A stretch of 33,678 nt of DNA from Stramenopiles sp. TOSAG23-2. Taxonomy: Eukaryota. The notes beneath the pieces are model-generated. The model saw nothing but the letters and a program-made list of their open reading frames with translations. It was not told the DNA's origin and made no database searches. The stretch spans positions 1 to 33,678 of the forward strand of contig LT649357.1 of NCBI GenBank assembly GCA_900128395.1, written 5' to 3'. Made by a program: the position numbers and the translations under genes. Positions 1 to 11,897 of this stretch are shown one piece after another (within the stretch, counting starts at the first letter, position 1; each line of letters begins with the position of its first letter).

Positions 1-486
1 AAATTATATAAATATAATATAATAAAATAATTTGTTTGTTTATTCTTGTTTGTATATAAAATTCAGATATTCAATATATAAATATATATATATATATAAA
101 AGTAACTTTGATATATATATATAACACAATACGTTTCTGTTTATCTTTCTTTGTTTCTTTCTCTTCTGACTTGTTTCTATCTCTTTTCTTCTCTGTTATA
201 TATATATTAGTTAGAGTCTCTTTGTGTGTGCGTGTGTGCGTGTGTATTTTGTGAATTTAATAATAACACTGCACACTATGGAAAATATGTTTGGATTTCA
301 TATGGGTATATTTTTTCATTAAAAGGCTTCAAGACAAGGAAAGGGATTGAAAATACGCTCGTTTTTAGGATGAGTTACGATAGGTATAGTACATTAAATA
401 TCACGATTCACGAAGGATTTTTATTTTTTACAACCATTAGCACGCACATCAAAAACATGGAGATTTATCATAGAAAACGTTCGACT

Positions 487-517
487 AAAATGATATTTTG
501 GGATTATAATAAAATAT
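487..517 (+). repeat. 31-bp dispersed repeat, copy 1
   Basis: AAAATGATATTTTGGGATTATAATAAAATAT, identical to 8477-8507. Confidence 0.9.
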
Positions 518-1011
518 TAATATCGTCGGTTACAAAAAAAAAATGAAAAAAAATTACAAAAAATTGTAAATTGAATGAAGGATGAGTGAGGTGCGTGTAT
601 GATGTGTATACTCCCCAGCTCCCCAGAGAGAGTGAGATAGAAAAATAGAATTGCATTAGTAGTTCTTATTAGATATAATAATTGTATATATAGTTCTACA
701 CTCCTTTTTGTTGAACAACAAACTGTGGTTATATTTTGTGAAATTTTGGAAAACAATATAGATTTGCATTTTATTATAGTACTATATACTATACCATTTA
801 AAGAATTATAGTTATTTCAGTTATCTATATTCATTTGCTAGTATATAAATTGCTTTTGTATATATTTCTTTTGTTTCTCAGAGAGATAAAAGATATAATT
901 CTTTAGTGTGTGTGTGCTTGGTGGTTTATTATTGTTGATTGATTGTTACTGGTTTGTCATTGCTTGGTGTTGTGTTTGTAGAATTATTTATAGATATATA
1001 GATTATAAAAC

Positions 1012-3389
1012 ATGTCACCAGCGATATCCAATATATTCAGTGAAAAAATCATATTATTCATTGAATATTTACAAATTATAAGTGTTATATGCAATTCAAC
1101 ATATACGTGGCCTATATATTTTAAATATCAATTCACGCCATACATACAATTTATAAATTTAGATATATATCCATATGTAACATCGTCATTAGCGTCGTCA
1201 TCTTCCTCAACCAATGTATCATCATCTACGTTTCCAACATATTGGTATTGGATATATGCAAGTAGTATTACTATTATATCATTTATTATAATGATTTTAT
1301 CAGATACTATACGTAAATATCAATATTGTTTATCAAATAAAAAATATATTGAAAAGATAGAAACAATAAGATCTAAATATGAATTATATACATATCGATT
1401 TTGTAGATTATTCATCATACCATCATTACAAATTACATTACGATTGTTTCAATGTAAAAATATTACTGGAATTGTTGATAACGTTGATGCAAGTACGGCG
1501 ATGACAGATGATAATGCTGCTGGAAGTAATAATGCCACCTTTTCTTCCACTACAAGAACAAATACAATACCAAAACATGTTGTATATATTGATCATACAA
1601 TAGAATGTTATTCATATCAACATTTCATACGTGCAGGTTTAATCATCGTGCCATTATTTATAGCGTTTTTAGTATATCTGTTAACCTATTTTGAACGTAT
1701 TAATCAAAGTTTAATTACTGATTATGATGAAAATGTACATATGAAACATTTACGTTCACGTAAATTAGAATATATATTGAAATTATCCAATACATTTTAT
1801 GATTCTGGCATTTATTTAACAGAACATTTGCATTTTTATCATTTGTACAATATTATTTTATGGAATATAGTGAAACTTATTATCGTTTCAATATATATAT
1901 TGTTTGAATCATATAATATGGATGAATATAATAAAACACGTACATATATTGTAATAATAATAACGTTTTTGATTTTATTATTACATGTCGTTTGGGCCAT
2001 ACATATTGGTGGATATTTACCATACCGTTCACCATCTATAAATGTCTTATGGTTTAATTTGAATTTAACATTATTATTAATCTTTGGGTTTACTATATTA
2101 CGACATGATATAAATATAATAGAGGAAACTGGTGCGAAACAATCCATTTTTACAATCGATGTAAGTTTACCATATATATATATATATATATACATGTCAG
2201 TATGGCAGTACATCTATCATTACGTACGGTACAACTGATGCAGCTCCTACACGACTCTAATCAACCTATAGCGATAAATCGACACTCTGCTTTGAACACC
2301 AAGTTTGAAGCTATATATATATATATATAGCGGTATATTTATTTGATTGCTTCGCAGGAAATATTCTATAGCACATCATCCATATGTTGAATCATAAGGA
2401 CACATCGAGGAGAACTTGCAGCGCGAGACTACATTATATAATCTATTGAATACATATAACTAACTGAATTCATCTACACACACACATACAACATATATTA
2501 TAGACATTTTTTACAATGTTATTGCAATATACAACCATAGGTGGTTTATTATTTGCTATGGTTGCCTCTGATTTTATACGTATGATACCACCATTACATA
2601 TATTTGGATATAATAAATATTATCATCAACAAAAATTACAAAATACGGAAGATACATATGGTATTAAATTTGATTATGGAAATAAAGTTGGTAAAAATAA
2701 ACCATATAGAGGTTGTAGAGGTTTCTGTTTATTTATAGAACCATTACCATGTTGCTGTAATTGTATCACACGTAAAATTTATTTATATGAAGCAAATGTA
2801 AATGGTTGGGTACAAGCAATTCGAGATAGTCAAGATTTATTATACAATTCATTAACATGTCCAATTGAAATGATACCGATACATAAATTAAAACAATCTA
2901 GTAAAATATTAAAACGTTGCTTAGAAGAAGCAAATAATTATGGCCATGGATATCCTGGACATGGTAGCGATACAAAAGGACATTTATTACGTATGATAAT
3001 ACAAGAAACATTAGAGGAAATCATGTCGATATTTGTTGTACGTACTGTATAAATATTCTATTTCCCTAAAAAATAGTTATATACTCTCTAACACAATCAT
3101 CTTTCACTCATACGCTCCACAGATTTATAAACGTAAAAGTTTATTACCAAATTATTATTTAGAAGGTGATAATATGATACATATGAAACGCGTATTAAAA
3201 CATCGACATGAGAATATGATATTAGTGGATCCAAGATTAAAAGGTGTTTTAAATAAATTATTAGCTATAAGGGCATGGCAAAGTCAAATTGTTAAGAATA
3301 CGAAGAGGAAAAAGATGGTAGGTGATGGGGATGGTGGTGGTGGTGGTGGTGGTGGTGTTAAAGAAGTAATGATGAAAAAGATCATGTGA
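1012..3389 (+). CDS. Multi-pass transmembrane protein (protist TRP-C-like family), 3 exons: 1012-2160, 2504-3037, 3123-3389, ~649 aa
   Basis: Three ORF-track pieces join in frame through two phase-0 introns: 2161 GTAAGT..TAG 2503 and 3038 GTACGT..CTAAC..CAG 3122. Several hydrophobic helices. Motifs YLQIISV..WP..F..INLD and VYIDHTIECYSYQH resemble a widespread protist TM domain. Confidence 0.75.
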
Positions 3390-3706
3390 GAGTGTGTGTG
3401 AGAGTGTGAGAGAGTAGAATTTTTACACATGTGTGTTGTGCTTTTTGTGTCTGAGAGGGTAGTGTGTTAAATAATAGAATATTTTTTACAAGGTTCGAGT
3501 ACGCGAATTTTTTAGTTTTTGGTTTAAAATATTATTATATGTACTTCGTACCAATATACCCTGATTCCTGATTTAAAATTTAAAATACACATCATTTAAT
3601 CATTTTATTATAATTTTACTGTATAAAAAAATATATATATACATGTACACGCGCATGTTAAATTCTCTCTCTGTTCTCTGTTCTGTACCACTTTTGACAA
3701 TGTACA

Positions 3707-3729
3707 ACACACACACACACACACACACA
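3707..3729. repeat. (AC)n microsatellite
   Basis: Direct reading. (TA)n runs also occur, e.g. near 2172, 2312, 6655 and 18010. Confidence 0.85.
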
Positions 3730-3756
3730 AAATCATTATATTTCATTTTGTTCTAC

Positions 3757-4544
3757 TCATCGCCATTTAATAAAGAACCATGGATATGTTGGTGCTATGA
3801 ATAAAAAAAAGATCAACCCGGTGAACAAACCCCATATGATAAATGTCAATACAGGTGTGAAGATGTAAAGGCATACTTCTTGTCTTGATGTTATAGCTTC
3901 ATGGCTTGGTGTTGATATTAATTGTTCTCCTGATTCCATATCTTCATCATCTAATATTGTCTTGTAATTTATTTGCTTCTTACTCGTTGTTGTCATATGT
4001 ATTGATGATGGACTCAAGTTGTTTTTTTTTAATTTACATATGCGTACACGTTGATATAAATATGATAAAGACACTAAATGTATAAATGTATATAATGTTT
4101 GAGGGTTAGTAATGTTTTGTAGTTCATCATGTGTGCGTGTGTTGCTCAGGATTATACTTACTCAAAACAACCATCACACGGTCGTCTACCAAAAATTGTG
4201 TATGTGTTTTTGGCGATTCACACCTATTCATTGCCAGATTGAATGTATATGTTATATTGTTGTTATATTGTTAGAAGAAAGATTATTTATATTTATGATT
4301 GTAGAAAAATTGTATATATATGTACGTACCAAGGACAATGTGGTCCATTTGGATTATGTATATTGCAATATTTAGATCCACCAGCCCATGGCCATGTACA
4401 ACCGCATTGGAATATTAAATTGCAATATTGATTATGCCAGACATAATCAAAGGCATAACATGTTGCACAAATTGCAGTTGCCTCTAATGCAATTTTAATC
4501 ATATATTTACTTTTATTATTATTATTATTATTATTATTATCCAT
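3757..4544 (-). CDS. Small membrane protein with a Cys/His motif (CNLIFQCGCTWPWAGG..CNIHNPNGPHCPWC), 3 exons: 4544-4330, 4223-4162, 4073-3757, ~197 aa
   Basis: Introns 4329-4224 (GTACGT..CTAAC..TAG) and 4161-4074 (GTAAGT..ACTAAC..TAG) join ORFs 4293-4544 and 3757-4074 in frame through a 62-nt exon. Splicing completes the CPWC motif. C-terminal TM helix. Confidence 0.8.
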
Positions 4545-5096
4545 TGTGATTTCAGTATATAGGTATATGTTTCGATTTTACAATTTACTTATTATATTAT
4601 ATCTACTACTTAATCTGCTATATATCTCTATTTTATATATATATGTCCGATATCAAAAGGTTTTATTAATGTATATAGTATATATAGTCGGCTTCGCTCG
4701 GCACTCGGCGGCAGGTGTGTTTACCCGGTAGTATCTTTTATGTAAAAATACATTGATTATATATTTGTGTTCTTAATACTGTGTCGTTTTGTTTTTGGTA
4801 TCACATGGCATGTCTTTTACGAGATAAAACCTGTATGGTAGTAGAGATTTATAAATTTTTGAATTTATATTTTTTTTATTATTATCTTATAGCCACCAGG
4901 TTAGATTAGATGTAGATTGTATAGCCGTATAGAACAACAAATTTTGTATATTAACATATTTTGTTCTTATGTTAGAATATTATTTAATTACTATAAATAA
5001 TATTTACCTCTTTTGTATTCAATTTTCTTTTTTTGTTGTTGTTGAAATAAATAAATTTCTATTTAACACATTAATTATTATTAATTTTATAAAAAC

Positions 5097-5957
5097 ATGC
5101 CGACCATTAATTTTTCTTCTATGAAATCAAAATGGAAAAAACGTGATGAGAAAATCAAACAAGAAACGTTGAAGAAAAAAATAAAAGAAGAAGAGAAAGA
5201 ACGAGTGGAACGTGAACATGCAGAAAAAGCAATTGCATTGCGTAAAAAAAATGCAAGGATACCACATTATGGTGGTGTTATTTCTACCAATAAAAATATT
5301 GCTATGAAGAAATTCCTTTTACGTAAAATGTCAACAGGCACATCAACTATGAGCGTAACGCAAATGGAAGCATTTGAAAAATTAAAACGTGAATTAGGGG
5401 AAGATATCAATCTAATTGAAAAGGAAGTAAAGAAATCTACACGACGAGAAAGTCAATTTGAAACCATTGTACATAAAGTACCGGTAATTACTACCTCTGA
5501 TGTTGTTGATTTAAGCAACGTAGACGACGACGATGAAGATAAAACAACAAAGAAACAAATCAAACGTATGGTCTCATTATCTTCCATAACAAGTAATAGT
5601 AGTAATTCATTTAATAATAATAATAATAATAAGAAACGTCGTGGTAAAGGTAACAGCGATTCATTTTTAAACAAAGATTTGGATGAATTATCAGGTATAA
5701 CGAAGAAGAAGAAGAACAAGAACAAGATCCAAAAGAAAAACAAGAAGAAAATAATAGTAAAGAAGAGAAAGAACAACAACAACAATAATTCATTTAAAAA
5801 GAAACATAATAACAATAAAAAACGTAAGCAACAAACAAATTCAAATTCAAATCGTTTTGATCAATTTTTAACTATGTCATTAGATGATTTAAATGCATCA
5901 AAATCATCAAAACGTAATACAAATAATACAAAGAAGAAGAAAAAACGTAGACGTTAA
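5097..5957 (+). CDS. Lys/Asn-rich basic low-complexity protein, probably nuclear/nucleolar
   Basis: 286-aa ORF with ATG in an AAAAC context. N-terminal charged coiled coil, poly-K tracts, C-terminal KKKKKRRR. No globular domain recognised. Confidence 0.7.
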   Translation: MPTINFSSMKSKWKKRDEKIKQETLKKKIKEEEKERVEREHAEKAIALRKKNARIPHYGGVISTNKNIAMKKFLLRKMSTGTSTMSVTQMEAFEKLKRELGEDINLIEKEVKKSTRRESQFETIVHKVPVITTSDVVDLSNVDDDDEDKTTKKQIKRMVSLSSITSNSSNSFNNNNNNKKRRGKGNSDSFLNKDLDELSGITKKKKNKNKIQKKNKKKIIVKKRKNNNNNNSFKKKHNNNKKRKQQTNSNSNRFDQFLTMSLDDLNASKSSKRNTNNTKKKKKRRR

Positions 5958-6749
5958 AAAAATATTGAAATGATGAGAGTGTAGATATATATACAACACC
6001 ATGGTATTCGTTTTGATTATATTGTACTCTATATCATATATTTGATTATATCAAATAACCACCTCACAAGCAACCTGCATTTAAATATGTTTTGTATGAT
6101 ACATATATTTTTGTACATTCAAAGGGACTATCGGTGAGAGCTGAATTTGGTGAAACGTGAAACGAAAAAACGAAACCAAAGAGACCAGAGACCAGGCAGA
6201 CCAGGAGAACAGAGACCAGTTATTAAACATTAATTGGTACGAGTATACGTAAAATATACGTACATATACAATTATTTTTTAAAATAAAAAAAAATTGTTT
6301 ACTTTATTTTTGTTATACACCTCCCCTCTCTGCTCTAAGCCTCTGCCCCAGCTTTTGGCACGCTCTAGCCGCTCTAGAAACTAGAAACTAGAAACACTAG
6401 AACCCCATGCCCCATGCCCCACAATGACTGCCGCTGCACATTGTGCTTTTGAACACTTGAAAGTTAACTTTTTTTAAAATATTAACACTTTTAAATATAT
6501 ATAAAACAATACAATTAATACCGAGAGTGTCCAGGTTCCAGGTGCCACAATGAATTTTTCTACCACTTTTTCGGCTTTTTAGTCCTTCCTGTAATCGTTT
6601 AATAAATACAAACCGCTTCGTCGCGTGTATATAACTTTTATATCAATATATACATATATATATATATATCAGTAATATCATACCATGAAGTCTACCACAC
6701 CAAACCTTCTTCTCCAGCACCTTCCCTCACATTAATTACGCTCGCTCTT

Positions 6750-7845
6750 CTACTTTTGATTTGCACGTCTTTCCCAAAATACAAAATTTTGAAGGAATAA
6801 ACCAGACATTAACAATGATTTTTGCACTATATATATATAAGAAGAATTAAAACAAAAGTTAGTATTATAAATATCTTATATTATAAAAGACAGTACAAGA
6901 TGTGGTGTTGGTATATATATACTTACATGCATTTGCATTTTCTGGAAATTTCACGATGAAATTATCAGCTGCACTATTAAACATACATATACCACGTGCA
7001 TTGCAACCAGGGAATACATTTTGCATTTCCCCAACTATTTTCATATTGTTTCTTGGATCCAATATATATACACGATGAACTTTATTGCAACATGTTGGTG
7101 CACAACAATTCACAAAACCAGATGTACAAAGAGATGGACGGTGTAATACATATTGTAATTGTTCTGTGCCATCTACTACATTCATATACGTATCATATGG
7201 CCAACAACAATTATACCACTTCCAATCGCATACTGTTCTACCAAAATATTCACCAGGTGTACCATTAGCCGCAGGTCGATGTACTGTCATTTCAGGTTTA
7301 AATGGCATATAACAACAACATAAAATTGGACATTTAAATGGTTTTTCCATGATTAAGATTGGTTCAATACCATCCGGCCATCCACTTTTTTCACCCATTG
7401 TCATCATCGTACCACCGACTGGAAATACACCAAGTTCCAACGTACGCATTTGGTGGCAACAATAACGTTGAAAACATTCGGATTTTTCACGTACTTGAAA
7501 CGAAGCAGGGCGTGTTACAAATTGATTATCATCCGGTTCTTCTGGTGTGGTATTTGGGTCATAATTTGCAACTTTAAATTGTGTTTGTTTCTCACAAAGT
7601 GCACATAATATTTGTGATAAATAAACTCTTTCACGTATCATTAAACCATCGCGTGCTTCATCCATGAAATCTTCAATTGTCGCAGCTTCAGCTTGTATCG
7701 TGCGCGACATGGACATCGATTGCGGCGACGATTCGTCGATGTACCTACCATGTTCCACTACATTGACTGGTATTGCCGTTGCATTTAATAATGGTGTTTT
7801 CTCATATGTCTCTTTATCTGTCATTTTCGCCCTCCTATTATTCAT
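6750..7845 (-). CDS. PLSCR: Phospholipid scramblase family protein, 2 exons: 7845-6927, 6826-6750, ~331 aa
   Basis: Motifs EKSECFQRYCC, MEKPFKC..CCC and ADNFIVKFP. Intron 6926-6827 (GTAAGT..ACTAAC..TAG) restores the typical C-terminal helix LQKSLLMSGLFLQNFVFWERRANQK*. Confidence 0.88.
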
Positions 7846-8476
7846 GTTTGATGAATGATGAAATTAATTTTTTTTTTTTGTAGTGTAAATATATATAACT
7901 TGTATGATCTACAACAACAGCAACAATAAGCACAACGACACTCGTACAATGAAGATGCTAATTATATTAAAATATAAATATATATATAAATATAATCTAT
8001 TTACACACATATATATATCTATATGTATACATTCCTCCATCATAATTTCAATAGTGAATAGACTTATTTTGTTGTTATTTTTTTGGAAGAAAAATCTCAT
8101 CTTTTAACAATTGTTTCGGAAATATACAAACTAGATATTATACAATGGGAATAATGGTAGTTTAATATATTAACATAATAGGAATATATGATAACATTGA
8201 TTTCATCTCAATTTGTTTTGATATTTGGTGTTGGATTTACAGATTTCACCTCCGATTACGGATCGTAGAATATAGATGCATATGCACCTTCATTGCCCAT
8301 ATGTGGTTTTTGAATGTTTGATAATGGAATTATGGACTAAATATTTGTTCATGTACCTCAGTGGTTTGTTGGTGCTATTTTCACCCTATTATTTGAACCA
8401 CACTTTATGATGTATCATAATATTAGGATATTCTTGAATCTCATCACCATACTATTTCCTACTAAATTCATCATAA

Positions 8477-8507
8477 AAAATGATATTTTGGGATTATAAT
8501 AAAATAT
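8477..8507 (+). repeat. 31-bp dispersed repeat, copy 2
   Basis: Identical to 487-517, same orientation. Confidence 0.9.
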
Positions 8508-10680
8508 CGTTGTAGACACAAAATTCACAATAACAATAACATATACATACCATTAAAATCATACACAACATGACATAAAATCGCATCAAAAACCACCACA
8601 TATAAACAGGTACATGTTACAAAAATATTAAAAAACATACATTATCTTATACATAGATCATAATAATTTTATGTGCGATACCTTTTAAACTATTCAAACG
8701 AACGATATTAAATTTTATATGACAACTGGATTTAAATAACTAATTTTTTAAAGCTATATTTGTATCATAGAATTTTTTTTTTTTTTTTTTTTTTCAGTTC
8801 ATTTTTTCAAGCGTTTATACCAAAACAGCAGTTATATTGCTATATTAAAAAAATGATCTGAAAAAGTAAGTTCTTCTTCAATTCAAGTAATACAAATTAA
8901 TACGATCTTTTTTAATAATATTGCACAGGATTTAAAGCTATCCGGACAAATATTGAAGTATGAGAAAGTCATTTTCTATCATGGTGGTGTATATAGACAA
9001 ATTCTCCGCATTTTGTAAAAGTTGTAAGATATCTGTATTTCAGTGCTAATCGTATGGTACAAGGTGCACATGACGTGACCCTTTCCTCTTTTGAATGAAT
9101 ATGTAATCACTAAATTCACACTACCAATATGCTAAAAATAAACTTTCCCATTATACATATTCCTGATGATAGCACTTTTATGATGCGCTGATGAATTCTA
9201 AACGACCCCATACCATTTATTCCACTCTGCAATATATATTTGCTGAGATAATACATGTATTCCATTTTTGCCGATTTGGATTTTTCAAACGGCTGAAATC
9301 TAGTATGGAGATACTATTGGATGGAAAAAACATAGTCAACCAAGATGAAAATAAATATAGTAAAATGTTTCGTATTGTTACAAAGCCAGGTAGATCGACA
9401 GTTGGACATATAATCTGTGACCGAGTCAAAGGAATAGTGAATTTGAGGTTTGAATAGATGTGGTATATGTGTTGCCCCGATCGATGGTAATTCAAATACA
9501 CTGGTTTTACCTTAATTAACACTATGATACTGCCATGCTAATTTTCAGCCAGATTTAGGCTGATTTTTTATTGAAAAAGACACTCAAAAAATGAGTTGTA
9601 CATGTTCGATTGAGCTGCACGCAGGTTAAAATATGTATTTATATGTAAAATGAATATACCCACTGTTATATATATAAAATATCCCCAGTTGGCTTCAGTC
9701 TTGCTATTTGTTGCAATTTTGACCCTGAAAAAACCTGCATTTTATTGCTATTCCTATAGTAAGTCGAAATCCAATCGGGAAAATGCTTGTTGATAACTCA
9801 GTATGATTGAATCGTTCAAATTTAAATATATTCGTGCTCAGATGGGCAAATATATGTATTATGAAGCTATTTGATGTGAAATTTGAAAAGCCTGTGGTTG
9901 AAAATATTTTTTTTTACAAAAGCATTTTCTGACTTCTCAGCGATGCTGGGAAAAATTAGCATCGATATAGCATTAAGCGCTAGTTGCGCTGATTTGCGCT
10001 GATGTGAATGACGGTTTGTATGGAAATAGCATTAAATTAAATTCTGGATTGATAGGAGTACTTTTGTATCAAAGAATAGAATATTTTATGCACATTCAAA
10101 AAGTTATGCATTATCAATTCCTTAATTATTTTGTTGGGGTGTTGCAATGCTGTGCAACGCTAATGCTTCAAATACATGGGAATAGCACTAAATCTATAAA
10201 ACTGTATAAAACCAGACCAATTAGCATAGACACAAACCAGACAAAAATAGCATACACACAGCAGCTAAAATGGCCTATAAAACGCTATAAGACCCAGCTC
10301 AATTTCTATTAAACCGGTTTTAGCGGAACGCTAGTTATAATGTAAATAGCACTATATTTCAGATTTTCAAGTTGTGTAAGGAGTTTTAAGGGTTTAAGAA
10401 ACATATAATTGTATAAGTATAAAATACAGTATACTAAACTGTGAAGTCATCAAATATTGATTTTTGATCTTAAAATCTAAATTCTTCATATAAATTTTGA
10501 ATTTCAAATTCTCCCTGTCCTCACACATCAAGTCGTGCATGCATATAATACTTATGTTACTGTAGACAATTGGACATAGACGGAAAGTATATAATAGAAA
10601 GATAGAGAGAGACATTATAAACCCAAGAGAGATATTATCAAACAAACATATACATAAACACAAATTATTATATTACAACC

Positions 10681-11183
10681 ATGACAGCAGAATCAAATTT
10701 ATCGTTAGCAATGAAAGTTTGTGGAATTATCTTCATCTTTGCAGTAGCTGTAAGTATATATTGTAGTAATATAAAAATCAACAATATATATATATATATA
10801 TATGATACCCTTTTCACACACACACACACACTAACATAAAATACTACCAACACCTCATACAGCCATTCTTATACATTGTCAAAAGTGGATGGGCTTGGAA
10901 TCCAAACCAATATGAATATGAATGGATGATTATTGGTACATACGCAGTGCTGGGATATTACCTATATAAAGGTTCTTCAGATTTACCCGGCTCAAAATTA
11001 TTGCTTGAATTTACCATTTGGGGCGCATGCTTTATGCATGGTACAGTTATGGCATATGAGACGATCATCGATTGGGAAGATGAGTGGGCACATATGATGC
11101 CATGGGGAGACGTCACTGCATTATATATTTTCGCAGCATTATTATATTACTTGAAAAGCCAAGTAGATTTTAAATCAAGTTAA
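10681..11183 (+). CDS. DUF6632-like small multi-pass membrane protein (bacterial-type family), 2 exons: 10681-10749, 10863-11183, ~129 aa
   Basis: Phase-0 intron 10750 GTAAGT..CTAAC..CAG 10862 gives MTAESNLSLAMKVCGIIFIFAVAPFLYIVKSGWAWNPNQYEYEWMIIGTYAVLG..FTIWG..HG.VMA..H..GDVTAL. This matches my recollection of the DUF6632 pattern (SGW.W.P.Q.EY..MI.G.YA.LG..FT.W..H..MA..GDV.AL). Confidence 0.75.
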
Positions 11184-11677
11184 TTAATCGGTCAAATATG
11201 AAGTTGAAAGTCATCACATAGTAAAATATACTATGTATCATATGAGTTTTCTTTACAAGTCACTACATGTTATTCTCGTTTTTTTTTACCGTACACGCAC
11301 GCGATTATGTTTCTCAAGCTTATTTGCTTAGAGTTGCGCTAAGCGTTGTATTTTATCTACAGCTGTATCATCATGCTGTTTAGGTCCTTTTCACATATAT
11401 TTTATTAAAAGAAGAATTCGAGAGACACAAAATTCCACACCATTTGTCTGTCACGCGAAATAAGAGAAGAAAGGCGCAATGCCTTCATTTACATTACACT
11501 TATTTTTTACGTTCGTATAAAATTATATTTTTACTCGTAGTACGAGTAATAAAAATAAATACACAAATTTTCGTATTTTTAAGAAATAATTTTTTACATT
11601 TAAAAATCACACTCCAGATATATATCAGTAATTAAATCATTTTATTAAATACACACTCTCCCCGTGTCTCCCCTTTC

Positions 11678-11897
11678 TCAATTCTCAAATCTCTCCTTTG
11701 TTTTCACCACCTAACACTGCCTCGTCGCAACAACTACATACAGCCCTGTCTTCTTCAAATGTTTCAACGAATCATCAATACAATCTTCAATTCTCAAATC
11801 TCTCCTTTGTTTTCACCACCTAACACTGCCTCGTCGCAACAACTACATACAGCCCTGTCTTCTTCAAATGTTTCAACGAATCATCAATACAATCTTC
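11678..11897. repeat. Perfect direct tandem duplication, 109-bp period, covering the last codons, stop and 3' flank of the TTI1 fusion gene
   Basis: TCAATTCTCAAATCTCTCC...CAATACAATCT starts at 11678 and again at 11787. Confidence 0.95.

Noticed and set aside
226-756. ORFs 226-546 and 517-756
   Set aside because: Non-ATG starts, promoter-like low-complexity DNA and no domain.
1012-3389. Stop-codon reassignment or frameshifting to explain the broken ORFs
   Set aside because: Every break is resolved by a canonical GT-AG intron that preserves frame.
6181-6420. Short repeats (GAGACCA, CTAGAAA, CCCCATG)
   Set aside because: Slippage-type microrepeats in 3' flanks, with no spacers or regularity of a CRISPR-like array.
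9163-9246. TGATGA and CTGA boxes suggesting a C/D snoRNA
   Set aside because: No terminal stem or recognisable rRNA-complementary guide, and such boxes are frequent by chance in AT-rich DNA.
9191-10663. ORFs 9191-9457, 9217-9522, 10004-10312 and 10394-10663
   Set aside because: Short, with no recognisable motifs and no consistent splice model.
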